Shown: piece after piece, positions 9,882-18,032 of the stretch
Numbering within the stretch: position 1 is the first letter of the stretch
Layout: each line of letters opens with the position of its first letter
Source of the DNA: Nitrososphaerota archaeon
GTDB lineage: Archaea; Thermoproteota; Nitrososphaeria; Nitrososphaerales; UBA57
Reading direction: 5' to 3'
Assembly: GCA_016871995.1 (NCBI GenBank)
Contig: VHBL01000002.1
Location: 120,001 to 152,000, forward strand
DNA: 32,000 nucleotides
The notes under the pieces: generated by a model
Seen by the model: the letters and a program-made list of their open reading frames with translations, nothing else
Told to the model about the DNA's origin: nothing
The model's database searches: none
Translations under genes and position numbers: made by a program

Positions 9882-10598
9882 ATGCGATTGGTCTTCTTGG
9901 GTACTGGAGACGCGTTCAACAATGATTCAAGGGGGAACATGTCCTTTCTCTTGGATGGGAGGCACAAAATTCTGTTCGATTGCGGCCCTCAGGTCGTTTA
10001 TTCGCTTAGGCGGAGCGGTTATTCTGTTAATGATATCAAACACCTATTTGTTTCACACCTCCATGGCGACCATTATGGAGGGATACCTTTCATTGCACTG
10101 AATCTCTTCTTCAAAGATAAGGGTATGATGACTGCTGCAGGGCCTAAAAATCTTGAGGAAAACACTCTTGCGGTCTGTTCAAAGTTCTATCCAACCATGA
10201 AGCCCGAAGAAGTCTTTGCCTTCAGAGGCGTTTCGAAGGACTACCCATTCAAACTTGACATCATGGATGGGAAACATACCGTACCAGACTATGTCTATAA
10301 AGTTGAATTTTCAGGAAAAAAGATAGTTTATACAGGAGATACGGCAAGGCTCGATTTGTCGGAGTTTGCCAAAAATGCAGACTATCTGATTCACGAAGCT
10401 GCAGAGCTTGAGGAGGAGAGAGCTGCAAAATATGGGCATACGACTCCATTTGAAGCTGCTAAGACTGCTAAAGAGGCCAAAGTAAAGAATTTGGTGCTCG
10501 TCCATAGACCAGGGTTTGACAAGAAGACAATTGAAAAGGTACGGAAGATATTTCCAAGAACACTATTCCCTCACGATTTGGATGTAATAGAGGTCTAG
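9882..10598 (+). CDS. metallo-beta-lactamase-fold hydrolase
   Basis: The HxHxDH motif (SHLHGDHYGG) is present, with a later TGDT and HEA...H pattern. The product is 238 aa. The stop is 3 nt before the fen start in the same frame, which suggests an operon. Confidence 0.75.
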   Translation: MRLVFLGTGDAFNNDSRGNMSFLLDGRHKILFDCGPQVVYSLRRSGYSVNDIKHLFVSHLHGDHYGGIPFIALNLFFKDKGMMTAAGPKNLEENTLAVCSKFYPTMKPEEVFAFRGVSKDYPFKLDIMDGKHTVPDYVYKVEFSGKKIVYTGDTARLDLSEFAKNADYLIHEAAELEEERAAKYGHTTPFEAAKTAKEAKVKNLVLVHRPGFDKKTIEKVRKIFPRTLFPHDLDVIEV

Positions 10599-10601
10599 CG
10601 G

Positions 10602-11627
10602 TTGGGAGTAGACCTTAGAGATATAGTCAAGCCTAAAAAAACAACACTAGAGCATCTCTCTGGCAGAACGGTCGCTGTGGATGCATACAATGCACTTTAC
10701 CAGTTTCTTTCAATAATAAGAGGGGAGACCGGGGAACCCCTAATGGACAGTGAAGGCAAGATTACATCACACCTAAGCGGACTATTCTACCGAAACCTAA
10801 ATCTGCTGACATTGGGGATAAGACCTGTTTACGTTCTGGACGGGAAACCTCCAGAATTAAAGCGCGTCGAAATAGAGAGGAGGAGGGCTGCAAGACAGGA
10901 AGCCATAGTAATGTACGAAAGGGCTTTGGAAAGAGGAGACCTTGAGTCAGCAAAAAGATACGCCTCTGCAACTTCTGTGATGAAAGATTACATGATAGCG
11001 GACACAAAGAAGATTTTGAACCTGCTAGGCATTCCGTATATAGAAGCGCCATCCGAGGGGGAAGCTACTGCAGCAGAATTATGCCAGAAAGACATCGTAT
11101 CGGATGTTGCAAGTCAGGACTACGACTCGCTCTTGTTCGGAGCCAAGAGGCTTATCAGGAACCTTACAATTTCTGGGAGAAGGAAACTGCCAGGAAAAAA
11201 CATCTTCATTAATCTTGAGCCTGAAGAAATCGAACTGCAAACCGTGCTTTCCGAGTTGCAGATTAGCAGAGAACAGCTTATTGATATAGCAATACTGCTG
11301 GGAACCGATTTCAATCCAGACGGCTTTGAAAAGGTGGGGCCGAAGACGGCCTTAAAGTATATCAAAACTTATGGGAGACTTGAAAAGATACCGCAGCTCC
11401 AAGAGCAGCTCAACCAAGTCAATTATGACGCCATAAGAGCAATATTTCTTCGCCCCGAAGTAAGCAAGATTTCCGAAATAAAATGGAACCGCCCAAATAT
11501 CGAGGGCATAGTGAACTTCCTCTGCGGGCAGAAAGGTTTCTCTGAAGAACGTGTTCGTAGTGCTCTCCAGAAACTTGAGAAGAGAGAAGAGAGCAAGTCG
11601 GAGTCCCTTGAAAAGTGGTTTGCTTGA
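10602..11627 (+). CDS. fen: flap endonuclease 1 (FEN1)
   Basis: The N-terminus MGVDLRDIV...AVDAYNALYQFL...G..TSHL.G.FYR...L...GI.PVYVLDGKPPELK is the canonical XPG-N/FEN1 pattern. The product is 341 aa. The start is TTG, because the upstream gene's stop lies one codon before it. Confidence 0.9.
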   Translation: MGVDLRDIVKPKKTTLEHLSGRTVAVDAYNALYQFLSIIRGETGEPLMDSEGKITSHLSGLFYRNLNLLTLGIRPVYVLDGKPPELKRVEIERRRAARQEAIVMYERALERGDLESAKRYASATSVMKDYMIADTKKILNLLGIPYIEAPSEGEATAAELCQKDIVSDVASQDYDSLLFGAKRLIRNLTISGRRKLPGKNIFINLEPEEIELQTVLSELQISREQLIDIAILLGTDFNPDGFEKVGPKTALKYIKTYGRLEKIPQLQEQLNQVNYDAIRAIFLRPEVSKISEIKWNRPNIEGIVNFLCGQKGFSEERVRSALQKLEKREESKSESLEKWFA

Positions 11628-12178
11628 GAAAGAAGACTGCAGAATTTATACTTGAAGCCCAGAAGCTGAAGGATGAACATAGAAAGGGCTGGAGGGTAAA
11701 GGCAGGAATAAGAAACCCTGAATCCGTAGCCGATCATACCTACGGACTTGCTGTACTAGCCATGCTATTTAGCGACAACAAAGGATTGGATACTGAAAAA
11801 TGCATGCGTATGGCTATACTGCACGACTTGGCAGAAGTAACCATCGGCGACTTATTACCCGGAGAGAGCAATAACAAACGAGATGAGGAGGATAAGGTAA
11901 TGAAGAAACTTCTAACGATACTTCCAAGCAGTATTTCAAAAAGATACCTGCAAATATGGAAAGAGTTCCGAATCGGCAGATCCAAAGAAGCCAAACTGGT
12001 GCATCAGCTGGATAAGATAGAAATGGTCGCTCAGGCTTTACGATACAGTAAGAGAGGTGTCAAGAAAGAAACTCTTCAGATATTCTTTGAGAGTGCAAAA
12101 GGTAAGATCAAAGACAATGACTTGCGAAACTTATTTAATGATTTTAATGAACTTTTTCTAGCGGCTGAATATTCCTAA
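11615..12178 (+). CDS. HD-domain phosphohydrolase (YfbR/HDDC2-like 5'-nucleotidase family)
   Basis: The motifs are RKGWRV....ESVADHTYGLAVLA and MAILHDLAEVTIGD. The start is non-ATG, either GTG 11615 or TTG 11624. It overlaps the fen 3' end. Confidence 0.75.
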   Translation: MVCLRKKTAEFILEAQKLKDEHRKGWRVKAGIRNPESVADHTYGLAVLAMLFSDNKGLDTEKCMRMAILHDLAEVTIGDLLPGESNNKRDEEDKVMKKLLTILPSSISKRYLQIWKEFRIGRSKEAKLVHQLDKIEMVAQALRYSKRGVKKETLQIFFESAKGKIKDNDLRNLFNDFNELFLAAEYS

Positions 12179-12240
12179 AGGAATAATAAAGCCACGAAGA
12201 TATTTATTGCCCAGAATTTCGAAAGTTTCCGAAATACATC

Positions 12241-13464
12241 ATGGGTAAGGTACAACTACTTCAATGCAGGGAGTGCGGCAAGGAATACGAACCCACATTC
12301 CGATATATATGTGAAGAATGTTTTGGCCCTCTTGAGGTCAAATATGATATAGCATCGATAAAAGTGACTGGAGAAACTTTTGCGTCAAGGCCTAAGAGCC
12401 TCTGGCGATATTTTGAGCTTTTACCGCTGGATGAAAAGAGCAGGATCATTGATCTTGGCGCAGGCTATACTCCTCTTCATAAGGCGGAGAGACTTGCAAA
12501 GAGGCTAGGGCTCAGGAATCTGTACATAAAGAACGATACCGTTAATCCGACGTTTTCCTTCAAGGACAGGCCCGCAAGCGTGGCAGTTTCAAAGGCTCTT
12601 GAATTGGGTTTGTCCGCTGTGGGTTCACCCTCAACGGGTAACCTTGCAGCGGCAACAGCAGCGCATGCTGCAAGGGCAGGTCTCCCATGCTACATCTTCA
12701 TACCTTGGGACATCGAACCTACGAAGGTAGTTCAGGCAGCAGCTTATGGAGCCGAAATAGTGGCTATAAAGGGGACTTACGACGATGCGAACAAGCTTGC
12801 GACACAGGCTGGCGAGATTTACAACATAGGCGTAGTCAACGTGAATCTGAGGCCATACTATGTTGAAGGTTCAAAGACACTTGGCTTTGAAGTATGCGAG
12901 CAGCTAGGATGGAAAGCCCCCGATCATGTGATTGTCCCAACGGGAAGTGGTGCATTGCTCTGCGCATTGGGCAGAGGTTTTGACCAGCTCAAAAGTGTAG
13001 GTTTGATCAGGGAGAACAATGTCAAGATTACGAGTGCACAACCCTACGGATGCTCACCAATTGTAGATGCGATAAAGAAGTCTACCGATGTAATAGACCC
13101 TGTAGAAAGGCCCAATACTATTGCAAAGAGCCTTGCCATTGGAGAGCCAGGAGACGGTATATATGCAGCAAGAACAGTCATGGAAACCAAAGGCTTTGGC
13201 GAAAACTGTACAGATGAAGAGATTGTTGATGCGATAAAATTGCTTGCCAGCACCGAAGGGATCTTTACAGAGCCTGCAGGTGGAGTAACGATAGCAGTTC
13301 TGAGAAAACTTATCGGCGAAGGAAAAATAGATGCTGGTGAAACTGTAGTGTGCTATGTAACGGGCAATGGCCTGAAGACTCCAGAAGCAGTTTCAGCGCC
13401 AACCACAAAACCCATCGCCATTGACCCGAAGATCGAAGTACTTGCGCAGATAATCCGAAGGTGA
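12241..13464 (+). CDS. thrC: threonine synthase-family PLP enzyme with N-terminal zinc ribbon (ThrC, or a ThrC-like sulfur-carrier-dependent synthase)
   Basis: The Zn ribbon is CRECGKEY...CEEC. The PLP-lysine motif is NPTFSFKDRPA, followed by GSPSTGN and the Gly-rich TGSG loop. The product is 407 aa. It is the first gene of a three-gene operon. Confidence 0.8.
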   Translation: MGKVQLLQCRECGKEYEPTFRYICEECFGPLEVKYDIASIKVTGETFASRPKSLWRYFELLPLDEKSRIIDLGAGYTPLHKAERLAKRLGLRNLYIKNDTVNPTFSFKDRPASVAVSKALELGLSAVGSPSTGNLAAATAAHAARAGLPCYIFIPWDIEPTKVVQAAAYGAEIVAIKGTYDDANKLATQAGEIYNIGVVNVNLRPYYVEGSKTLGFEVCEQLGWKAPDHVIVPTGSGALLCALGRGFDQLKSVGLIRENNVKITSAQPYGCSPIVDAIKKSTDVIDPVERPNTIAKSLAIGEPGDGIYAARTVMETKGFGENCTDEEIVDAIKLLASTEGIFTEPAGGVTIAVLRKLIGEGKIDAGETVVCYVTGNGLKTPEAVSAPTTKPIAIDPKIEVLAQIIRR

Positions 13465-13468
13465 AAAC

Positions 13469-13750
13469 ATGGCAGCAGTTAAAGTGATAGTTCCAGCAGT
13501 ACTGTCGAGCAGCACAAAAGGCGAAAGAGAAGTCAGCATTGCAGGGCAAACAGTTTCGGAGATAATATCTCTTCTTGCCAAGAAATACGGGGAAACTTTC
13601 GAAAGGAGAGTTTTAGATCTGGATGGGAAGCCCAGAACGGTGCTGAACTTTTACGTCAATGGAAAGAATATCAGGTTTCTAAATGGGTTTGAAACCCAGC
13701 TCAAGGATGGAGACGAAGTCATGCTGTTACCTGCAGTAAGCGGAGGATAG
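13469..13750 (+). CDS. MoaD/ThiS/CysO-family beta-grasp sulfur-carrier or ubiquitin-like protein ending in Gly-Gly
   Basis: The 93-aa product ends ...DGDEVMLLPAVSGG directly before the stop. The spacing of G.TV.E....L and YVNG...RF is typical of CysO/MoaD-type carriers. It starts 4 nt after the thrC stop, with GGTGA upstream. Confidence 0.85.
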   Translation: MAAVKVIVPAVLSSSTKGEREVSIAGQTVSEIISLLAKKYGETFERRVLDLDGKPRTVLNFYVNGKNIRFLNGFETQLKDGDEVMLLPAVSGG

Positions 13751-13753
13751 AAG

Positions 13754-14869
13754 ATGTCGTTTACAGATGAAGATCTAGAAAGATACTCGCGTCAAGTAGT
13801 GCTTGAGGACATAGGATTCGAGGGACAAGAAAAAATCAGGAATTCTACCATTACAGTAGTGGGTACTGGAGGGTTAGGAAGCCCTATTGCACTCCAACTC
13901 ACGGCGATGGGCATAGGAAAGCTCAGGCTCGTAGACAGGGATGTAATAGAGATTTCAAACCTGCACAGGCAAATACTCTTCAGCCCAGAAGATGTAGGGC
14001 TACCAAAAGCCGAAGTCGCAGTCAAGAAACTGCAGAAGCTGAACCCAGATGTAAAGTTCGAAACGCTGACATCATCACTCAATGACGACAGTGCAGAATA
14101 CATCATAAAGGGTTCAGACATAGTGATCGACGGTTTGGATTCTATCTATGCTAGATATGCATTGAATAGGGCATGCTTGAAGCTTAACATTCCATATATA
14201 TTCGGTTCTGCGATAGAAACTACAGGCTCAGCATCAACCTTTATTCCCAAAAATACTCCCTGCTTAGAGTGCCTGTACCCGAATTTGAGGGATGAGGACC
14301 TGCCAAAGTGCGGCACCGAAGGTGTGCATCCATCAGTACTTACTGTAGTTTCAAGTGTCCAAGTATCCGAAGCTATAAAATTGATAGTTGGGAAAGAACC
14401 GAGCCTTGCGGGGAACCTGTTCTACGCTGACATAAGAGATCTAAGCTTCGACAAAATCAAGATCGCAAGGCAGCCTGACTGCAAAGCCTGCGGCAATAAA
14501 GCCAACATTTCAGAACAGGTACTTCCTCGTAAACTGGTCGAAGAAATCTGTGGCAGAGAGCGCGGCAAGTCTGTCCATGTCATAACCCCTAAAGAGGATT
14601 TGCAATTGGATATTGCTAAGGTAGCGAGGGACCTGAACATACGAAACCTCAGGATACGGGCAATTGGAAATCATGGAATTACGTTCTCTTACGATCCAGA
14701 AATTAATGTAAGTTTGGTAAAGAGCGGCGTCGCTACGGTAGTAGGTGCGAATACGGAGCAGAGAGCGCTAGAAGTCTTCGATGACTTGGTGGTATCTGGC
14801 TTGAAAACCCCGCTGAACAAGGTAGACCCTAAATTTAATGTGGTTCTTGCGTCGTTAGCACACAATTAA
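13754..14869 (+). CDS. E1-like adenylyltransferase (ThiF/MoeB/UbaA family) with an unassigned C-terminal domain
   Basis: The N-terminus is RYSRQ. The nucleotide loop is VVGTGGLGSP, followed by DRD motifs. Zn-site CxxC pairs are present (CLEC ... CKAC), with a crossover-loop Cys (PKCGTEGV). After CKACGN there are about 120 further residues that are not rhodanese-like. It starts 3 nt after the carrier's stop. Confidence 0.85.
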   Translation: MSFTDEDLERYSRQVVLEDIGFEGQEKIRNSTITVVGTGGLGSPIALQLTAMGIGKLRLVDRDVIEISNLHRQILFSPEDVGLPKAEVAVKKLQKLNPDVKFETLTSSLNDDSAEYIIKGSDIVIDGLDSIYARYALNRACLKLNIPYIFGSAIETTGSASTFIPKNTPCLECLYPNLRDEDLPKCGTEGVHPSVLTVVSSVQVSEAIKLIVGKEPSLAGNLFYADIRDLSFDKIKIARQPDCKACGNKANISEQVLPRKLVEEICGRERGKSVHVITPKEDLQLDIAKVARDLNIRNLRIRAIGNHGITFSYDPEINVSLVKSGVATVVGANTEQRALEVFDDLVVSGLKTPLNKVDPKFNVVLASLAHN

Positions 14870-14973
14870 GACGTAAAACCCCAAACTATTCTGTAGTGTT
14901 AAATGGCTCTTGCAGACAGATTAGTCCGTTCCTTGGCTTTTCAAGTCGATGTCGGAGTTGCCAATTTGCCAAG

Positions 14974-15025
14974 CTAACCAGTTATAACTCTCATGATCTC
15001 TAACCAGTTATAACTCTCATGATCT
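14974..15025. repeat. perfect 26-bp tandem duplication (2 x CTAACCAGTTATAACTCTCATGATCT)
   Basis: Nt 14974-14999 are identical to nt 15000-15025, head to tail, with no spacer. Confidence 0.95.
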
Positions 15026-15477
15026 AATTCTTTGCCTATCGCCTGCCTAATTTGAATCAAGTCTATCCATCGCATCTCGAATCCCGAGGTAGGGACTACC
15101 AAGACTGCTTTGCCTATTCCTGCCCGCAGTCTTTTTACGATTTGTTTGTTTCGACTCTTCCGTTTAACATGAGCTATCCTTTTCTTTAACTCTTCTATGG
15201 CTAATGGATTAGGCTGGAGATCCCCGACCTCTCTTATGAAAGATTCAACTTCTTCGAGTGTTTGCTCTGTCGGGCCAGCTAGAACTTCATCATAGCTGCT
15301 CACAAAAAATTTGACATACTCTACCAAGTCTCTCTGATATTCCTCGAAGAACTTTTTGTCAGCTTGTGATAGAAGACCATAGAGGTACTTTTCAGAAAGA
15401 TCGACCATTACATTTTGCAATTTATTAAACAAACGAAGGGGGAATGAGGGTCTTCTCTCCCTCGACGTTTCTGCCAA
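14974..15477 (-). CDS. hypothetical protein (no recognisable family); 3' end altered by the 26-bp duplication
   Basis: It is the only long ORF in about 700 nt. The product is hydrophilic and helical in composition. The start is uncertain: TTG 15477 or ATG 15408. The current stop lies in the second copy of the duplication. Confidence 0.4.
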   Translation of the reverse strand: MAETSRERRPSFPLRLFNKLQNVMVDLSEKYLYGLLSQADKKFFEEYQRDLVEYVKFFVSSYDEVLAGPTEQTLEEVESFIREVGDLQPNPLAIEELKKRIAHVKRKSRNKQIVKRLRAGIGKAVLVVPTSGFEMRWIDLIQIRQAIGKELDHESYNWLEIMRVITG

Positions 15478-15561
15478 ACCGATGATAGATTTGATTCCCT
15501 GTCTAGGGGCGCTCCGCTAATATTCGACAACTGACGAATTTTTTCCAATCTATCTAACTAG

Positions 15562-15569
15562 TTTATATA
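15562..15569 (+). promoter_or_regulatory. consensus TATA box (TTTATATA) for the PQQ-type gene
   Basis: It is centred about 26 nt upstream of ATG 15591. Confidence 0.45.
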
Positions 15570-15590
15570 GAAAGAAAAAAGCTCGCGCTC

Positions 15591-17944
15591 ATGATACGAC
15601 AGATAACTCTGTTAAGTCTGATTGTGGCAACGATCCTACTAACTTCAACGTTAATGGCAGCACTAATCCCTCGTGTGAACGCTTTTGATCCTGGCGGTCC
15701 TCCAGTTGGAGGAGCAGCTCCAACAGTTGCTACCGGCAACTGGGAATGGATAAACTACCAGCCTACTGGAGGTAGTTATAGTCCTCAAACCCAGATAAAC
15801 AAAGATAATGTACAATATCTAGAAACGAAGTGGGTATATCCGTATACCGCGCCTCCAACGCCGTCAAAGTTAGGACTTTGATTCCCCAGCAAGGCTCAGG
15901 TGCTCCAGTTATTATCGTAGATGGAAATGTATATGTGCTCATGAACGACCATAGGATCCTTGCGATCGATGCCGGTACTGGCAAGCTCATATGGAACAAC
16001 ACCTATGGTACGACTTTTGATGCTGTCGGCGAAGCTGCAAAATACCCATTCTTACAGCCTCCCCTTCTGCATGGTCATGCTCTTAACTACTATAGAGATA
16101 AGGGTTGGCTCATTGGGAGCTCATTAGGCTCTTGCAACCTCTACGCGGTAGATGCTAAAACGGGCATAACATCATGGGTCCTAAGGACAGAGCAGATTTG
16201 TGGTACTGTTGCGGAATTAGGCGATCCCACAAAACTGGTTGGAAAAATTCCTGACTTTCCTGGTGCAGGCGCTCAACAGCCTTCTGGTTTTCCCGAACCT
16301 GGAAGTCTAGGGAATCAAGGATTTTACAGCAGCCTTGGTACTCATCCTCCAGTGTTCCTGGGCAACATAATGTTCTTTCCCGTGGCTGGTGCGAGTGGCC
16401 AAGGAGGTAGATCATTCGTTACAGCCTTCGACATGACCGATCCTCAGAATCCAAAGCGATTATACAGGACATTTACGCAGGGTCCAGCTCAAGGAGATCC
16501 TAACTGGGCGATAAACCAATGTAAAGCAGTAGGAGGAAATGGCTGGTACTTTGAATATCCAAAATTCCTCGAAAGCATTAACTATCCAGCAAGAGACAGG
16601 GACCCAACATATCTAGCAACAAAATGTACAGATGTAGCTGATGATGTCGTAAAGAACGACGGAATAGACATGGTTCCAGGTTCTCCCACCTTTGGAAGAA
16701 TGCATACATCCAGCCAAGCAGGTTCAGCGGTATGGGGTAACTATCCACTCGATCAAGAAACTGGCATTGTCGCGTTAGGTTGGGGTGACCAAGGACCGTA
16801 CACGAACTTGACAAACAAACATGGCCCAGGTCTTCATGGAAGTGGTTATACAGCACATGACGTCAGAACGGGAAAAATGGTCTGGTGGTTCCAAGCTGTT
16901 TTACGCGATCTATGGGACTATGACTGCTCGTGGGGCGGGATAATTGGGCAGGTTCAAGGAAAGAAGGCATACATCAAAGGTTGCAAGGATGGTATTGTTC
17001 ATGCATTAGACTGGTCGACAGGTAAGCCATTCTGGAATTATGACGCTCCCAGCATCCTTAGAGGAGGGAACAACATCAAGACGTACTATGGTGTTGGAGC
17101 AAACAACAGGCCAACTGATCCAGAAGCATGCTGCAAATTGACAAAGGCAGACATGGGCAAGCCATGGATGACTTACCCGCTCAAAGACCCGTTTGTACAG
17201 AACTGCTACACCGTTTGTCTGGAATCCGACTTCGCTTATGACGGTAAGCGGATTTATGTCGCAACGTTCAACAATATGGGCACTCATCGCGTGACTAATG
17301 TCATAACCTTCGGTAACTCGGGAGCAGCGGTTCCAAGAGCAAACTTCCCAGACCAGACTTTCACTGTAGATTCAAACATTGATGCCGTAGATGTGAATAC
17401 GGGCAAGAGGGTTTGGTCATATAAGATCGATACGTTTGGTTTCAGGGGAGGTGTTATGACTACTGGAGGAATGGTTGTAGTCTATGCCGCTGATGGAAAC
17501 CTGAAGTTCCTCGATGCAGAATCTGGCAAGCTGTTGCATGAAAAAACCTTCGGCGTTCCAGTTAGCGTCATGCCTACTATCGGGGCTGACAAGAATGGCA
17601 AGTACAAGATCTTCGCACACGTGGGTGGTAGTGGAGGCTTCCTTTTCAGTCAGGCTGCAACCACAGCAGGCAATCTAATGGCATTCGGTCTGCCTGACAA
17701 AATCCCACAGCCCCAAGTGATTACCAAGGAAGTCATCAAAGAAGTACCAAAGGAAGTCATAAAGGAAGTCATCAAGGAAGTAGTCAAAGAAGTACCAAAG
17801 GAAGTCATCAAGGAAGTAGTCAAAGAAGTACCAAAGGAAGTAACAGTAGAAACTATCAGTCCTATTTCGTATGCAGCGATAGGAATCGGTGTAGTAATGA
17901 TAGTCATATCAGGAGTACTGTTCAGTAGAAGGAAGAAGGCATAG
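15591..17944 (+). pseudogene. PQQ-dependent-dehydrogenase-family 8-bladed beta-propeller protein, secreted with a C-terminal anchor; frame broken near 15840-15885
   Basis: ORF 15591..15881 carries the signal peptide and the family N-terminus (W.W.NY....G.YSP..QINKDNV..L...W). ORF 15830..17944, shifted by -1, continues with GAPVIIVDGNVYV...AIDAGTGKLIW and later PQQ-type repeats (VDVNTGKRVW, LDAESGKLLH). Together they make one gene split by a frameshift. Confidence 0.8.
17726..17842 (+). repeat. 12-nt tandem repeat (about 9.75 units) encoding (KEVx)n
   Basis: The encoded peptide is KEVIKEVPKEVIKEVIKEVVKEVPKEVIKEVVKEVPKEV. It includes a 36-nt higher-order unit present twice. It lies just before the C-terminal TM helix and RRKK of the PQQ-type protein. 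Confidence 0.9.
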
Positions 17945-17966
17945 TACTAGATCGTCAGATTAGGAG

Positions 17967-18032
17967 GGGGTAGGTGTATGGTTCCATGGGAGATCCATGG
18001 ACGCTAGCCGAGTCATGAAACACACCTGCCCC
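17967..18032 (+). other. 66-nt structured element of unknown function, 23 nt downstream of the PQQ-type gene
   Basis: The lower stem pairs 17967-17977 (GGGGTAGGTGT) with 18022-18032 (ACACCTGCCCC), giving 11 bp with one G.U. The internal loop is asymmetric (5 nt / 20 nt). The upper stem TCCATGG/CCATGGA (17983-17989 / 17995-18001) has a GAGAT loop. Confidence 0.35.

Noticed and set aside
15863-15882. A second BHB intron in the PQQ-type gene. Removing the 20-nt hairpin would restore the frame as ...TAPPTPPQQGSGAPVIIVDG.
   Set aside because: The flanks do not form the central 4-bp helix or the opposed 3-nt bulges. For example, ACGC versus AUUC cannot pair. A single-base indel explains the shift equally well.
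17726-17842. The tandem repeats here and at 14974-15025 considered as a possible CRISPR array
   Set aside because: The units are contiguous with no spacers. One set is in-frame coding repeats and the other is a simple two-copy duplication. No cas genes are present.
17650-17907. 85-aa minus-strand ORF (…TSLTTSLMTSFGTSLTTSLMTSF…)
   Set aside because: It is the antisense reading of the (KEVx)n repeat inside a well-supported plus-strand gene, so it is a repeat artefact.
17967-18032. Assignment of the two-tier hairpin as an H/ACA or C/D box sRNA, or as a tRNA-like element
   Set aside because: No ANA/ACA box follows the lower stem (the sequence there is CAUGCCAAUC). There are no RUGAUGA/CUGA box pairs. 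A 7-bp acceptor stem cannot be formed.
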